A stretch of 64,000 nucleotides of DNA from NCBI GenBank assembly GCA_964606065.1, contig CAZSEX010000004.1, forward strand, positions 8,311 through 72,310, in the 5' to 3' direction. The translations under genes were made by a program, and so were the position numbers. The stretch is from an uncultured bacterium. GTDB taxonomy: Bacteria; Hydrothermota; UBA3072. How positions within the stretch are numbered: the stretch's first letter is position 1; every line of letters begins with the position of its first letter. The notes beneath the pieces are model-generated. The model searched no databases and was not told where the DNA came from. It worked only from the letters and a program-made list of their open reading frames with translations. This document shows, piece by piece, positions 56,182 to 64,000 of the stretch.

Positions 56182-57297
56182 ATGTTTAGAGTAGGTTTTG
56201 TGGGTTGGAGGGGAATGGTTGGGTCTGTTTTGATGCAAAGAATGAAAGAAGAAGATGCTTTTAAAGGGTTCGAACCTTTATTTTTTTCTACTTCACAGGT
56301 AGGCCAGGATGGTCCTGAAATAGGTCTTGAAATACCAAAACTTCAGGATGCTTTTGATTTAAGTATTCTTTCTGAATTGGATATTATTGTAAGCTGCCAG
56401 GGTGGTGATTATACCGGTAAGGTTTATCCGGAACTGCGAAAAAACAGCTGGCAGGGTTACTGGATAGATTCATCCTCGAAACTCCGAATGGACGAAAATT
56501 CCGTTATAGTGCTCGACCCTGTGAACAGGAAAGTTATAGATAATGCCCTTTCTTCGGGAATACGTTCTTATATAGGCGGTAATTGTACTGTTAGTCTTAT
56601 GCTTATGGCTCTTTCCGGTCTTTTTGAAAACGATTGTGTAGAATGGATTTCTTCTATGACCTATCAGGCAGCTTCGGGTGCGGGAGCTAAAAAAATGATA
56701 GAACTTGTAAAACAGATCGTTTCGTTGAGCGATTCCGTAAAGGATTTAATCGAAAATCCTGCGATTGCCGCGCTCGAACTGGATTCCGTTATGGCCCGGA
56801 AATTGCGTAAAGATGATTTACCTGTAGATGAGTTTAAGGTTCCTCTTGCTGCCAGTTTAATACCCTGGATAGATTCCGCCAGAAGTAATGGTCAAACCAG
56901 AGAGGAATGGAAAGGTATGGCAGAGGCCAATAAAATATTGCGGACCGAGAAAAAGATTCCCATAGATGGTATCTGTGTCCGTATTGGTGCCATGAGATGT
57001 CACTCGCAGGCTTTTACTATTAAATTAAGCAGGGATATTCCTCTGGATGAAATAGAGGGTATGCTGGGTGAGGCTCATCAGTGGGTAAAGGCAATACCAA
57101 ATACTTATGAAGACACCATTTCAGAACTTACTCCGGCTGCGGTATCGGGTGGTTTAATTGTTCCTGTGGGTCGTATAAGGAAGATGAACATCGGTCCCGA
57201 GTACCTCACCTGCTTTAGTGTGGGTGACCAGCTTCTGTGGGGTGCTGCGGAGCCCATCTGGCGAATGCTCAGAATCGTTCTCGAATATCTTGGGTAG
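56182..57297 (+). CDS. asd: Aspartate-semialdehyde dehydrogenase
   Basis: VGFVGWRGMVGSVLMQRM, GNCTVSLMLM, MTYQAASGAGA, GICVRIGAMRCHSQA, VGDQLLWGAAEP. Confidence 0.96.
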   Translation: MFRVGFVGWRGMVGSVLMQRMKEEDAFKGFEPLFFSTSQVGQDGPEIGLEIPKLQDAFDLSILSELDIIVSCQGGDYTGKVYPELRKNSWQGYWIDSSSKLRMDENSVIVLDPVNRKVIDNALSSGIRSYIGGNCTVSLMLMALSGLFENDCVEWISSMTYQAASGAGAKKMIELVKQIVSLSDSVKDLIENPAIAALELDSVMARKLRKDDLPVDEFKVPLAASLIPWIDSARSNGQTREEWKGMAEANKILRTEKKIPIDGICVRIGAMRCHSQAFTIKLSRDIPLDEIEGMLGEAHQWVKAIPNTYEDTISELTPAAVSGGLIVPVGRIRKMNIGPEYLTCFSVGDQLLWGAAEPIWRMLRIVLEYLG

Positions 57298-57353
57298 GTA
57301 ACTGTTAAACAGAAAAAATTTAAACCCCCATCGGATTAATTCACATACAAGGA

Positions 57354-58316
57354 TCACTTTGCTTTTTGAATCTCGAGTTTTTTGCGGTTTTCGCGTGAGA
57401 GGAATATGAAAACAATACCCCCTATGCAGCTCGTTATAACGGAGGAGAAAAAGAAAACGAGAGACAACGACATAGCCTGTCCTTCATTTATACCGGTGGA
57501 AGAAAGGAAATAAACGTAAGCCGCTTCTCTTAAACCTAAACCGTTAATGGTTAAAGGAATCAAGCTTATCACAGTTATAATGGGTATATATGTAATCAAA
57601 GCGAAGATAGGGATCGAGTTTGATAATCCTCTGGCTATGAGGTAATTAATTATGATTATAATCGTCTGAACAAGGACCGAGTAGCCTATTCCAATCAATA
57701 ATATTCTTTTTTTGTTTTTATATATTTTAAACGCTCTATAAAATTTCCTCATGGAATCGCCTAAATTGAAAAGTTTGATTGATAATAATTTTTCTTTTAA
57801 CCATGCGATTTTTAAAGAAATGAAGAAATAATATATCATTATGGTTATTAAAATTAGTCCTGTATAAAGAATAGAAAATTTTGCAAACTTTACTTGTCCC
57901 GAAAATACAGCTAAAATTCCTATTGTCATCATTCCTATCATTCCGAGAATCCTCTCCATTATGGATGTACCCAGCGCTTTTTCAAAATTTTCTTTTCCAC
58001 CAGCATATGCAGACCGGACCAAATCCATTCCCAAACCGCTTGGCAGGAAATTATTAAAGAAAAAGGAAACAAGTATGTATAAATAGCTCTTAGAACGGGA
58101 AATGTCTATTTTTTGAGCTTTAAGCAGGAAATTCCAGCGCAATGAAAAGATTAAATAATAAAGAAGAAAAAAAAGGATGATTATAATAAAGTAAAAAATA
58201 TTTAAGTTTTTTATATTCTGTATTACTTCATTTAGGGGTACTTTTGTTTTAAAAAGATAATAGAAAAGTCCGATTGTTATCAGAAGTTTCAGGGTTTCTA
58301 CGCTTATTTTTTTCAT
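57354..58316 (-). CDS. Lysylphosphatidylglycerol-synthase-TM / flippase-like (UPF0104) membrane protein
   Basis: SLRWNFLL, FFNNFLPSGLGMDLVR, ERILG, SLIPLTINGLGLREAA. Confidence 0.85.
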   Translation of the reverse strand: MKKISVETLKLLITIGLFYYLFKTKVPLNEVIQNIKNLNIFYFIIIILFFLLYYLIFSLRWNFLLKAQKIDISRSKSYLYILVSFFFNNFLPSGLGMDLVRSAYAGGKENFEKALGTSIMERILGMIGMMTIGILAVFSGQVKFAKFSILYTGLILITIMIYYFFISLKIAWLKEKLLSIKLFNLGDSMRKFYRAFKIYKNKKRILLIGIGYSVLVQTIIIIINYLIARGLSNSIPIFALITYIPIITVISLIPLTINGLGLREAAYVYFLSSTGINEGQAMSLSLVFFFSSVITSCIGGIVFIFLSRENRKKLEIQKAK

Positions 58317-58407
58317 ATCTTTAAGATATTAATATGGGTGAGAATGTCAAGATTTTAAACTCTTGACAATTAAGAGGTTTGTTGATAATTTAATAATAGA
58401 TAAACGA

Positions 58408-61400
58408 ATGGAAGCGAACGATACGGTTAAAGAATATATAGATAAATTAGAGAATTTATCTAAAGATACGATATCTCTTTGGAATCGGCTTTCAAGCAAA
58501 CAGATAGAATCAGCTGAAAAGTTAACGGAGATAAGGAAAATGTTAAAGAACTTATACGCTTCCATGTATGTTATTTACGAAGGCTCGGATTCTTTCAGGA
58601 CAACCGTTAGGAAAAGTGAAGAATTATTGTCTTTTGGGCTTAGTTTAATAAATGAGGTTATGAATAGAATTCACTTATTCAATGACAGTACGGTTACTTT
58701 GAGCCAAAAATTGGATGATTTAATAAGTAAAAAGGAAGAAATCAACGCGATTGTTTCAAATCTACAGGAACTTAATGAAACTTCAGGAAATACTGCCCGA
58801 AACGCCGAAATTAAAGCTTATCAAGCCGGAACTTCAGGTAAAGGCTTTGAAGTCGTAGCCGAGGAGTTAGGTCGCTTAACAGGAAAATCGTTGGAAATTG
58901 TCGGTGAGATGGTAAAGAGACTTGAGTCTCTCAAGGAACGATCGAAAGAAGCCACGGATAGATTTAAAAACATTAGAGAAAACCTTTCTAATTTTATCGG
59001 AAACGCAGATGATTTAAAACAAAGTTCTGACGGAGTGCGAGATAAAATTTCTCTCGTTATGGAAATTTCCGATAAGTTATTGAATTTACTTGACGATATC
59101 GACATCAAGAGACGCGATGTTGAGGAAACAGCCAGCTTTTTACTTTCTTTCTCCAGAAATACTCTTTTGAAGTTAGGAGAAATAGACCTTCTCCTTGATC
59201 AAAGGGAAACCATGATAGAAATTTTAAAAAACCACATCGATATTTTTAATTTCCTGGCAGAAAATGGTATGGGTTTTTTGCCTGAAAATATTTCGCAGAT
59301 AGATTTTTCTTTGAAGAAAGTTGGCGACCTCGATCGATATAGCCAGCTTGGTGTCTTAACGTTAAATTCCGCTCCGATCCGTAGCAATTTTGATTTATCA
59401 GAATTAGATGGCATGAGAAAAATGTTGGGTATGATAGGAAGAGAGATCGAGGGAGTAAAGGAAATTATTAAAGAAACCCGGTATCAGGCAAATCTATGTT
59501 TAAACAATATTAAGAATGTTCAAACTTTTATAGAAAAAGAAGCAAAAGGTATAGAAGAAGTAACAAATATGCAAGTAAATTTATCGAGGATTTCTTCTGG
59601 ATTAGGTAGATTGGTTGAAAATGCGGTAGATTTTGCCGAGCAGTTGCGGGTAATTTCTCTTTACGGAAAAATAGAAGCCTCCAGAGTGCCGCGTGATATT
59701 AAAGGTCTTTCGGCAATTGTTGATGAAATGCGAAGTCTTTCCAGTGATTATTCTAAATTGGGCGATAAGTTGTGGCGGTTTTTTAAACCGGTCAATGATA
59801 ATATCGAAGATTTAAGAAGGACGACACTGGCAATTAGTAATACTACAAGCAGATTGATGGATATTGTTAACGAGAGCCAAGTTGCGTTCCAGGAGAACAA
59901 AGATCAAATTGAAACACTGACGGACGTTTCTTCCGGTATTCGTCCCTTTATTGATAAACAGGAAGATGTTGTAGGGGAAATAAATAATTCCTTTAAATCT
60001 GTAATAGAAGCCTTGAAAGATTACAAAAAAGTAACTGATGAACTTGAAAAGAGACTTGATAGAGAGAGAAACCTGACTGAAAATCTCATGCAGGATCATA
60101 ATTGGAAAGATTTGAACAATTTTGAAATTGTAAAAAAGGAAGAGGAGTCGATTTTAACTGTGTATTCCCGGGAAATTCCACGTTCTTTACATCCTTGTGG
60201 ATTTGGAGAACCGGATGCGAGTGAAATTGTTTACCTTATGCATAGAGGACTTTTTGATTCGGATTTTTCGGGACGAGTTTATCCTTTAATAACGGAAAGA
60301 TGGGAATTATCGGAAGATGCCAGAAATTGGGATTTTACGATAAGAAATGATGTTAAAAATCATAAAGGGAAGAAAATAGAATGCGAGGATATTAAATTTA
60401 CACTTGAAAACTTGAAGGAAAAGGATAAAATAAAAGATTTATTGATGATTGATGAAATAGATATTAAGGGTAAATATTCCTTGTCTGTTAAATTAAACGG
60501 AATTAATATGTCCTTTCTTTCTAATTTAGCCAGAGTCACTTCATCGGTACTTACTAAAGATTACGACGAAGAAGGTATAGTTGGTATAGGACCATTTAAG
60601 TTGAAGAACATGGAAAAGGGAGAAAAAATAGTGGTAGAATCTTATCCGGATTATTTTGCCGGTAAACCTTATTTATCGAAAGTTATCTTTAGAACCGGGA
60701 CGGATCCCGTAGAAGAGTTCAGAAACGGTTTAGTCGATGTGGCGAGAGTTTCCCCGGATAATATTTCCGCTATTAAAACTGACAGGGACCTGAGTAAAGA
60801 TTTGTTTTCATCCCTTGGTTTAAATGTTAATTACCTCGGTTTCAACTTCAATATGAATGATCTTCCTTTTATGGATAAAAAAGTTCGGCAGGCGTTAAAT
60901 TACGCGGTAGATAGAGAAGCTATTATAGATGAGACTTCTTCGGGTTTTGGTGAAATCTTAAAAGGAATATTTCCAACAGGATTTGACACATATAAATCTA
61001 CAGTAGAAAGGTATGAATATAGTAAGGATATAGCAAAGAGATTGCTGTCCGAAGCGGGTTTTGACGGAGGTTTGCCCGGAACATACACTATTTCTGTTTA
61101 TGATGCTCCTTGTATGGTTAAAAGAGCCGAGGTAATAAAGGAGACTTTTTCTCGTGTAGGTGTTAACTTGAAAATCGAAAAAAATCCCTGGGACAGGTTC
61201 ATAAAGAAGGTTCGGGGAGGAAAGGTACAATTGTTCCTTACAAAATATTTTCCCGAAAGCACCGAAGTGGCTGACTATTTATATAATCTTTTTCATAGTT
61301 CTCGAGCCGGTAAGGAAAATCTAACGTTTTATTCAAACAAAGCTCTTGATGGCAAACTAAAAGAGGGACTTGAGGAAACGAATCCCATCAGAAGAAAGAA

Positions 61401-61554
61401 AATATATCAGGAAACTGAGAATTTAATATTGGAAGATGCCCCGCTGATTTTTTTGGTTCAGGATTTCAATTTTTTGTTGGTTAGTGATAGGGTTTTTGGT
61501 TTTAAAATGGGTCCGATGAATCGTTTTCATTATGAGTGGATTGGAGTTAAATAA
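58408..61554 (+). CDS. Soluble chemoreceptor: two MCP signalling domains fused to a C-terminal family-5 solute-binding domain
   Basis: Hairpin tips NAEIKAYQAGTSGKGFEVVAEELGRL and YGKIEASRV...GLSAIVDEMRSLS. SBP5 motifs GIGPFKL, YFAGKPYL..VIF, YLGFN, KKVRQALNYAVDRE. No TM segment seen. TTG 58363 is part of a TTGACA promoter, so ATG 58408 is preferred. Confidence 0.8.
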   Translation: MEANDTVKEYIDKLENLSKDTISLWNRLSSKQIESAEKLTEIRKMLKNLYASMYVIYEGSDSFRTTVRKSEELLSFGLSLINEVMNRIHLFNDSTVTLSQKLDDLISKKEEINAIVSNLQELNETSGNTARNAEIKAYQAGTSGKGFEVVAEELGRLTGKSLEIVGEMVKRLESLKERSKEATDRFKNIRENLSNFIGNADDLKQSSDGVRDKISLVMEISDKLLNLLDDIDIKRRDVEETASFLLSFSRNTLLKLGEIDLLLDQRETMIEILKNHIDIFNFLAENGMGFLPENISQIDFSLKKVGDLDRYSQLGVLTLNSAPIRSNFDLSELDGMRKMLGMIGREIEGVKEIIKETRYQANLCLNNIKNVQTFIEKEAKGIEEVTNMQVNLSRISSGLGRLVENAVDFAEQLRVISLYGKIEASRVPRDIKGLSAIVDEMRSLSSDYSKLGDKLWRFFKPVNDNIEDLRRTTLAISNTTSRLMDIVNESQVAFQENKDQIETLTDVSSGIRPFIDKQEDVVGEINNSFKSVIEALKDYKKVTDELEKRLDRERNLTENLMQDHNWKDLNNFEIVKKEEESILTVYSREIPRSLHPCGFGEPDASEIVYLMHRGLFDSDFSGRVYPLITERWELSEDARNWDFTIRNDVKNHKGKKIECEDIKFTLENLKEKDKIKDLLMIDEIDIKGKYSLSVKLNGINMSFLSNLARVTSSVLTKDYDEEGIVGIGPFKLKNMEKGEKIVVESYPDYFAGKPYLSKVIFRTGTDPVEEFRNGLVDVARVSPDNISAIKTDRDLSKDLFSSLGLNVNYLGFNFNMNDLPFMDKKVRQALNYAVDREAIIDETSSGFGEILKGIFPTGFDTYKSTVERYEYSKDIAKRLLSEAGFDGGLPGTYTISVYDAPCMVKRAEVIKETFSRVGVNLKIEKNPWDRFIKKVRGGKVQLFLTKYFPESTEVADYLYNLFHSSRAGKENLTFYSNKALDGKLKEGLEETNPIRRKKIYQETENLILEDAPLIFLVQDFNFLLVSDRVFGFKMGPMNRFHYEWIGVK

Positions 61555-61955
61555 TGGAATTTTTGAGTTTTACTTTAGAAGATAAATTTTTTGGAGTACC
61601 GTTGGAAAATGTCAAAGAAATTGTTGAAGAAACGGGAATAACTCCAGTACCTTTGTCTGATGATTGTCTTGAAGGAGTAATGAACCTCCGTGGAGAGCCA
61701 GTTCCTGTGATAAATCTAAGAAAAAAAATACGACTGAAAGGTGCTTCGACATCAAGAGAAATTATACTCTGTCTGATAAATGGCGTGAAAATAGGTTTGA
61801 GACCTGATAGAGTTCTGGATATTCACCAGATTTCCGATCCGGAAATTAAAAAGGTGCCTTCCGGTTTAAAAGGAGAAATAGAATCGAAATATATGAAAGG
61901 AATTGTAAAATTGAAAGAAAAGTATATAATTATTGATATAAAAGAATTAATTTGA
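61554..61955 (+). CDS. cheW: Chemotaxis coupling protein
   Basis: FFGVPLENVKEI...PVPLS...GVMNLRGEPVPVINLR, GL.PDRV.DI. Confidence 0.92.
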   Translation: MEFLSFTLEDKFFGVPLENVKEIVEETGITPVPLSDDCLEGVMNLRGEPVPVINLRKKIRLKGASTSREIILCLINGVKIGLRPDRVLDIHQISDPEIKKVPSGLKGEIESKYMKGIVKLKEKYIIIDIKELI

Positions 61956-61970
61956 TGTAAGGAGGAAAAA

Positions 61971-62336
61971 ATGAGCGCAAGGATTTTAGTAGTAGATGAT
62001 GCAATATTTATGCGAAAGATGTTGGCGGACATACTTCAAAAAGGTGGTTATGAGATTTGTGATGAGGCGGGTAACGGTAATGAAGCTGTTCAGAAATACG
62101 AGAAGAATAAACCGGATCTTGTTACAATGGATATAATAATGCCTGATATGAGCGGAATAGAGGCAATTAAAAAGATAAAAGAGTTAGATTCGGACGCTAA
62201 AATTGTTGTTGTAAGTGCGATGGGTCACCAGAGTCTGGTGGTCGAAGCTATCCAGGCCGGAGCAAAAGACTACGTAGTTAAACCTTTTCAACCTTCACGA
62301 GTTATAGAAGCGGTTCAGAGGGTTTTAAAATTGTAG
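61971..62336 (+). CDS. cheY: Chemotaxis response regulator
   Basis: ILVVDDAIFMR, PDLVTMDIIMP, SAMG, DYVVKPF. Confidence 0.95.
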   Translation: MSARILVVDDAIFMRKMLADILQKGGYEICDEAGNGNEAVQKYEKNKPDLVTMDIIMPDMSGIEAIKKIKELDSDAKIVVVSAMGHQSLVVEAIQAGAKDYVVKPFQPSRVIEAVQRVLKL

Positions 62337-62345
62337 AATTGTTTT

Positions 62346-64000
62346 ATGGATGAACAGAGAAAAGAGTATATAAAACTATTTAAAGAAGAGAGCAGCGAAT
62401 ACTTAGATAAACTGAATAAAATAATAGTTGAACTCGAGAAAAATCCTGGTAACAAGAAAATAATTGCGGAGGTTTACAGGATTTTTCACACTTTGAAAGG
62501 AATGGCAGCTTCACTTGGTTATACTGAAATAGAAACCATTTCGCATGACCTTGAAGGAAAAATGGAAATTTTCAAAGAGGAGGAAAAAAGAAGTGTCGAT
62601 TCGGAAGTCATCGATGAGGTTTTTAAGAGTATAGACAAAATAGAGAGTCTTTTAGAGGCACTGGAGATTTCAGGGGAAATCGGGGACAAGACGAAAGTGG
62701 AAGTTGGCAGCATTCCTTATGTCGAAATTTTGCTTAAAGAGGATGTATCTCTTCCGGCTGCGAGAGCGGCCGTGATTATTCAAAGGATAGAAGAAAAGAC
62801 AAAAATTAAGGGGCTGGATCCAACCTATGAGGAGATAAAATCCGGTAATATCGGAAGAATATTAAAGGTTCGTTGTTCCGAACCTGAAAAGATTATAGAT
62901 TTAGTTGGTTCGTTTGACGAAGTTGAGGAGGTAAAACTCGCGGATAAAAAAAGCTCAGAAAAAACATCTTCAGCTGGTATAGAAGGGATAAGAGTCAACG
63001 TGAATATGCTGGACAGAATGCAGAATCTCGTGGGTGAATTGGTGGTTACCACCTCTCAATTGTCGGAAATTATCAGAAGTTTTGGTGAGGAAAAATTTGA
63101 AGGGGTTCTTGACCTTCACAATAGAAGCGTAAAAGAGTTACAGGAAGTTATTACCAAAGTAAGATTGGTTCCTCTATCGTTGATTTTCGATAAGTTTCCT
63201 CGATATGCCAGAGATTTAAGCAGAAAATTGGGGAAAGAAGTAAATATTGAGATTTTCGGAGCGGATATAGAAGTTGATCGATCTCTTCTTGAGGGTATCA
63301 GTGATCCATTGATTCATCTTATTAGAAATTCGATTTCGCATGGCATTGAATTGCCGGAGGAAAGGGAGAAAATAGGTAAACACAGAGAAGGGAAAATAAC
63401 TGTTTCGGCGAAAAGCATAAAGGGCGATATATTGATACAAATAAGTGATGACGGGAAGGGGATTGACGAAAAGGAAGTACTACTCGTTGCTTTCAAGAGA
63501 GGTTTGGTTGAGGAAGAAGAAATGGAATCACTTTCTAAAGCTGAAATACTAAGATTTTTATTTACGCCGGGATTTACCACTAAAGAAAAAGCGGATAAGG
63601 TTTCCGGACGGGGTGTCGGTCTGGATGTGGTCAGAAAACTTGTTCGCTCCGTAGGAGGGAGTGTAAATATAAACACAGAAAAAAACAGAGGTACTACAGT
63701 ATCGATGAAGATGCCTCTTTCGATGTCGATAATTAAAGTTTATCTGCTCGGTTTAAATAACCAATTGTTTGCATTACCGATGACTTTTGTGGATGAGACG
63801 TTAACAATTTCAAGAAATAGTATTTCATATCTTATGGGAAAAGAAGTAATGTTGCTTAGGAGAGAAATACTTCCGGTTTATCATCTTGCTCATATTCTGG
63901 GACAACCTTCTTCAAGTAACGGGAATCAGAATTCGCCGTGTGTTGTTATTGAGGTTGAGAATGATCGTTTCGCAATTGTAGGTGGAACTTTCAAAGGAAG
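62346..64000 (+). CDS. cheA: Chemotaxis histidine kinase, truncated by the window edge
   Basis: Not in the ORF track. Manual reading gives MDEQRKEYIKLFKEES...FHTLKGMA (Hpt), HLIRNSISHGIE, DDGKGID, FTPGFTTKE...SGRGVGLDVV. Confidence 0.93.
   Translation, partial: MDEQRKEYIKLFKEESSEYLDKLNKIIVELEKNPGNKKIIAEVYRIFHTLKGMAASLGYTEIETISHDLEGKMEIFKEEEKRSVDSEVIDEVFKSIDKIESLLEALEISGEIGDKTKVEVGSIPYVEILLKEDVSLPAARAAVIIQRIEEKTKIKGLDPTYEEIKSGNIGRILKVRCSEPEKIIDLVGSFDEVEEVKLADKKSSEKTSSAGIEGIRVNVNMLDRMQNLVGELVVTTSQLSEIIRSFGEEKFEGVLDLHNRSVKELQEVITKVRLVPLSLIFDKFPRYARDLSRKLGKEVNIEIFGADIEVDRSLLEGISDPLIHLIRNSISHGIELPEEREKIGKHREGKITVSAKSIKGDILIQISDDGKGIDEKEVLLVAFKRGLVEEEEMESLSKAEILRFLFTPGFTTKEKADKVSGRGVGLDVVRKLVRSVGGSVNINTEKNRGTTVSMKMPLSMSIIKVYLLGLNNQLFALPMTFVDETLTISRNSISYLMGKEVMLLRREILPVYHLAHILGQPSSSNGNQNSPCVVIEVENDRFAIVGGTFKG

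Noticed and set aside
58363-58407. TTG start for the MCP-SBP gene
   Set aside because: The TTG is the first half of a TTGACA -35 box. ATG 58408 is more plausible.
137-63676. Numerous 60-176-aa ORFs overlapping or antisense to long genes
   Set aside because: They are shadow ORFs of confidently assigned CDSs, with no independent motifs or RBS.

Overview
AT-rich bacterial window from a probable anaerobe. It encodes T9SS-type C-terminal-domain proteins, PorV-family barrels and TonB-dependent receptors, which is consistent with an FCB-affiliated or candidate lineage (low confidence, no database check). Layout: (1) uxaC, truncated by the left edge. (2) An accessory block at ~0.9-12.6 kb: BNR/T9SS protein, GH12 lipoprotein, GH9, two MntA-HepT toxin-antitoxin modules (one toxin internally deleted) and a PKD/TIM-barrel/T9SS protein. 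(3) purD, a candidate structured ncRNA and rarA. (4) A minus-strand run: nfeD, stomatin, GT4, ECF sigma, anti-sigma and a catalytically dead HtrA. (5) A ~32 kb carbohydrate locus (21.4-53.4 kb): a corrinoid methyltransferase trio, a first TBDR/CTD-protein/PorV module, three GPH transporters, GH43, GH10, PfkB, GH3, GH116, a RACo-like ASKHA protein with a degenerate Fe-S domain, and a second TBDR/CTD-protein/PorV module. No SusD homologue is present. (6) metE, asd, a flippase-like membrane protein, and a chemotaxis operon headed by a soluble double-MCP/solute-binding-protein fusion; cheA is truncated by the right edge. The strongest candidates for undescribed biology are: a pervasive family of short-period (7-10 nt) repeats forming nested inverted pairs around gene cassettes or empty cores; a SusD-less TBDR + T9SS-type partner + dedicated PorV uptake module present twice; a corrinoid methyl-transfer system interwoven with a xylan locus (possible methyl-sugar demethylation); the MCP-SBP fusion; and the pseudo-protease HtrA. 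No tRNA, rRNA, CRISPR array or transposase was seen.
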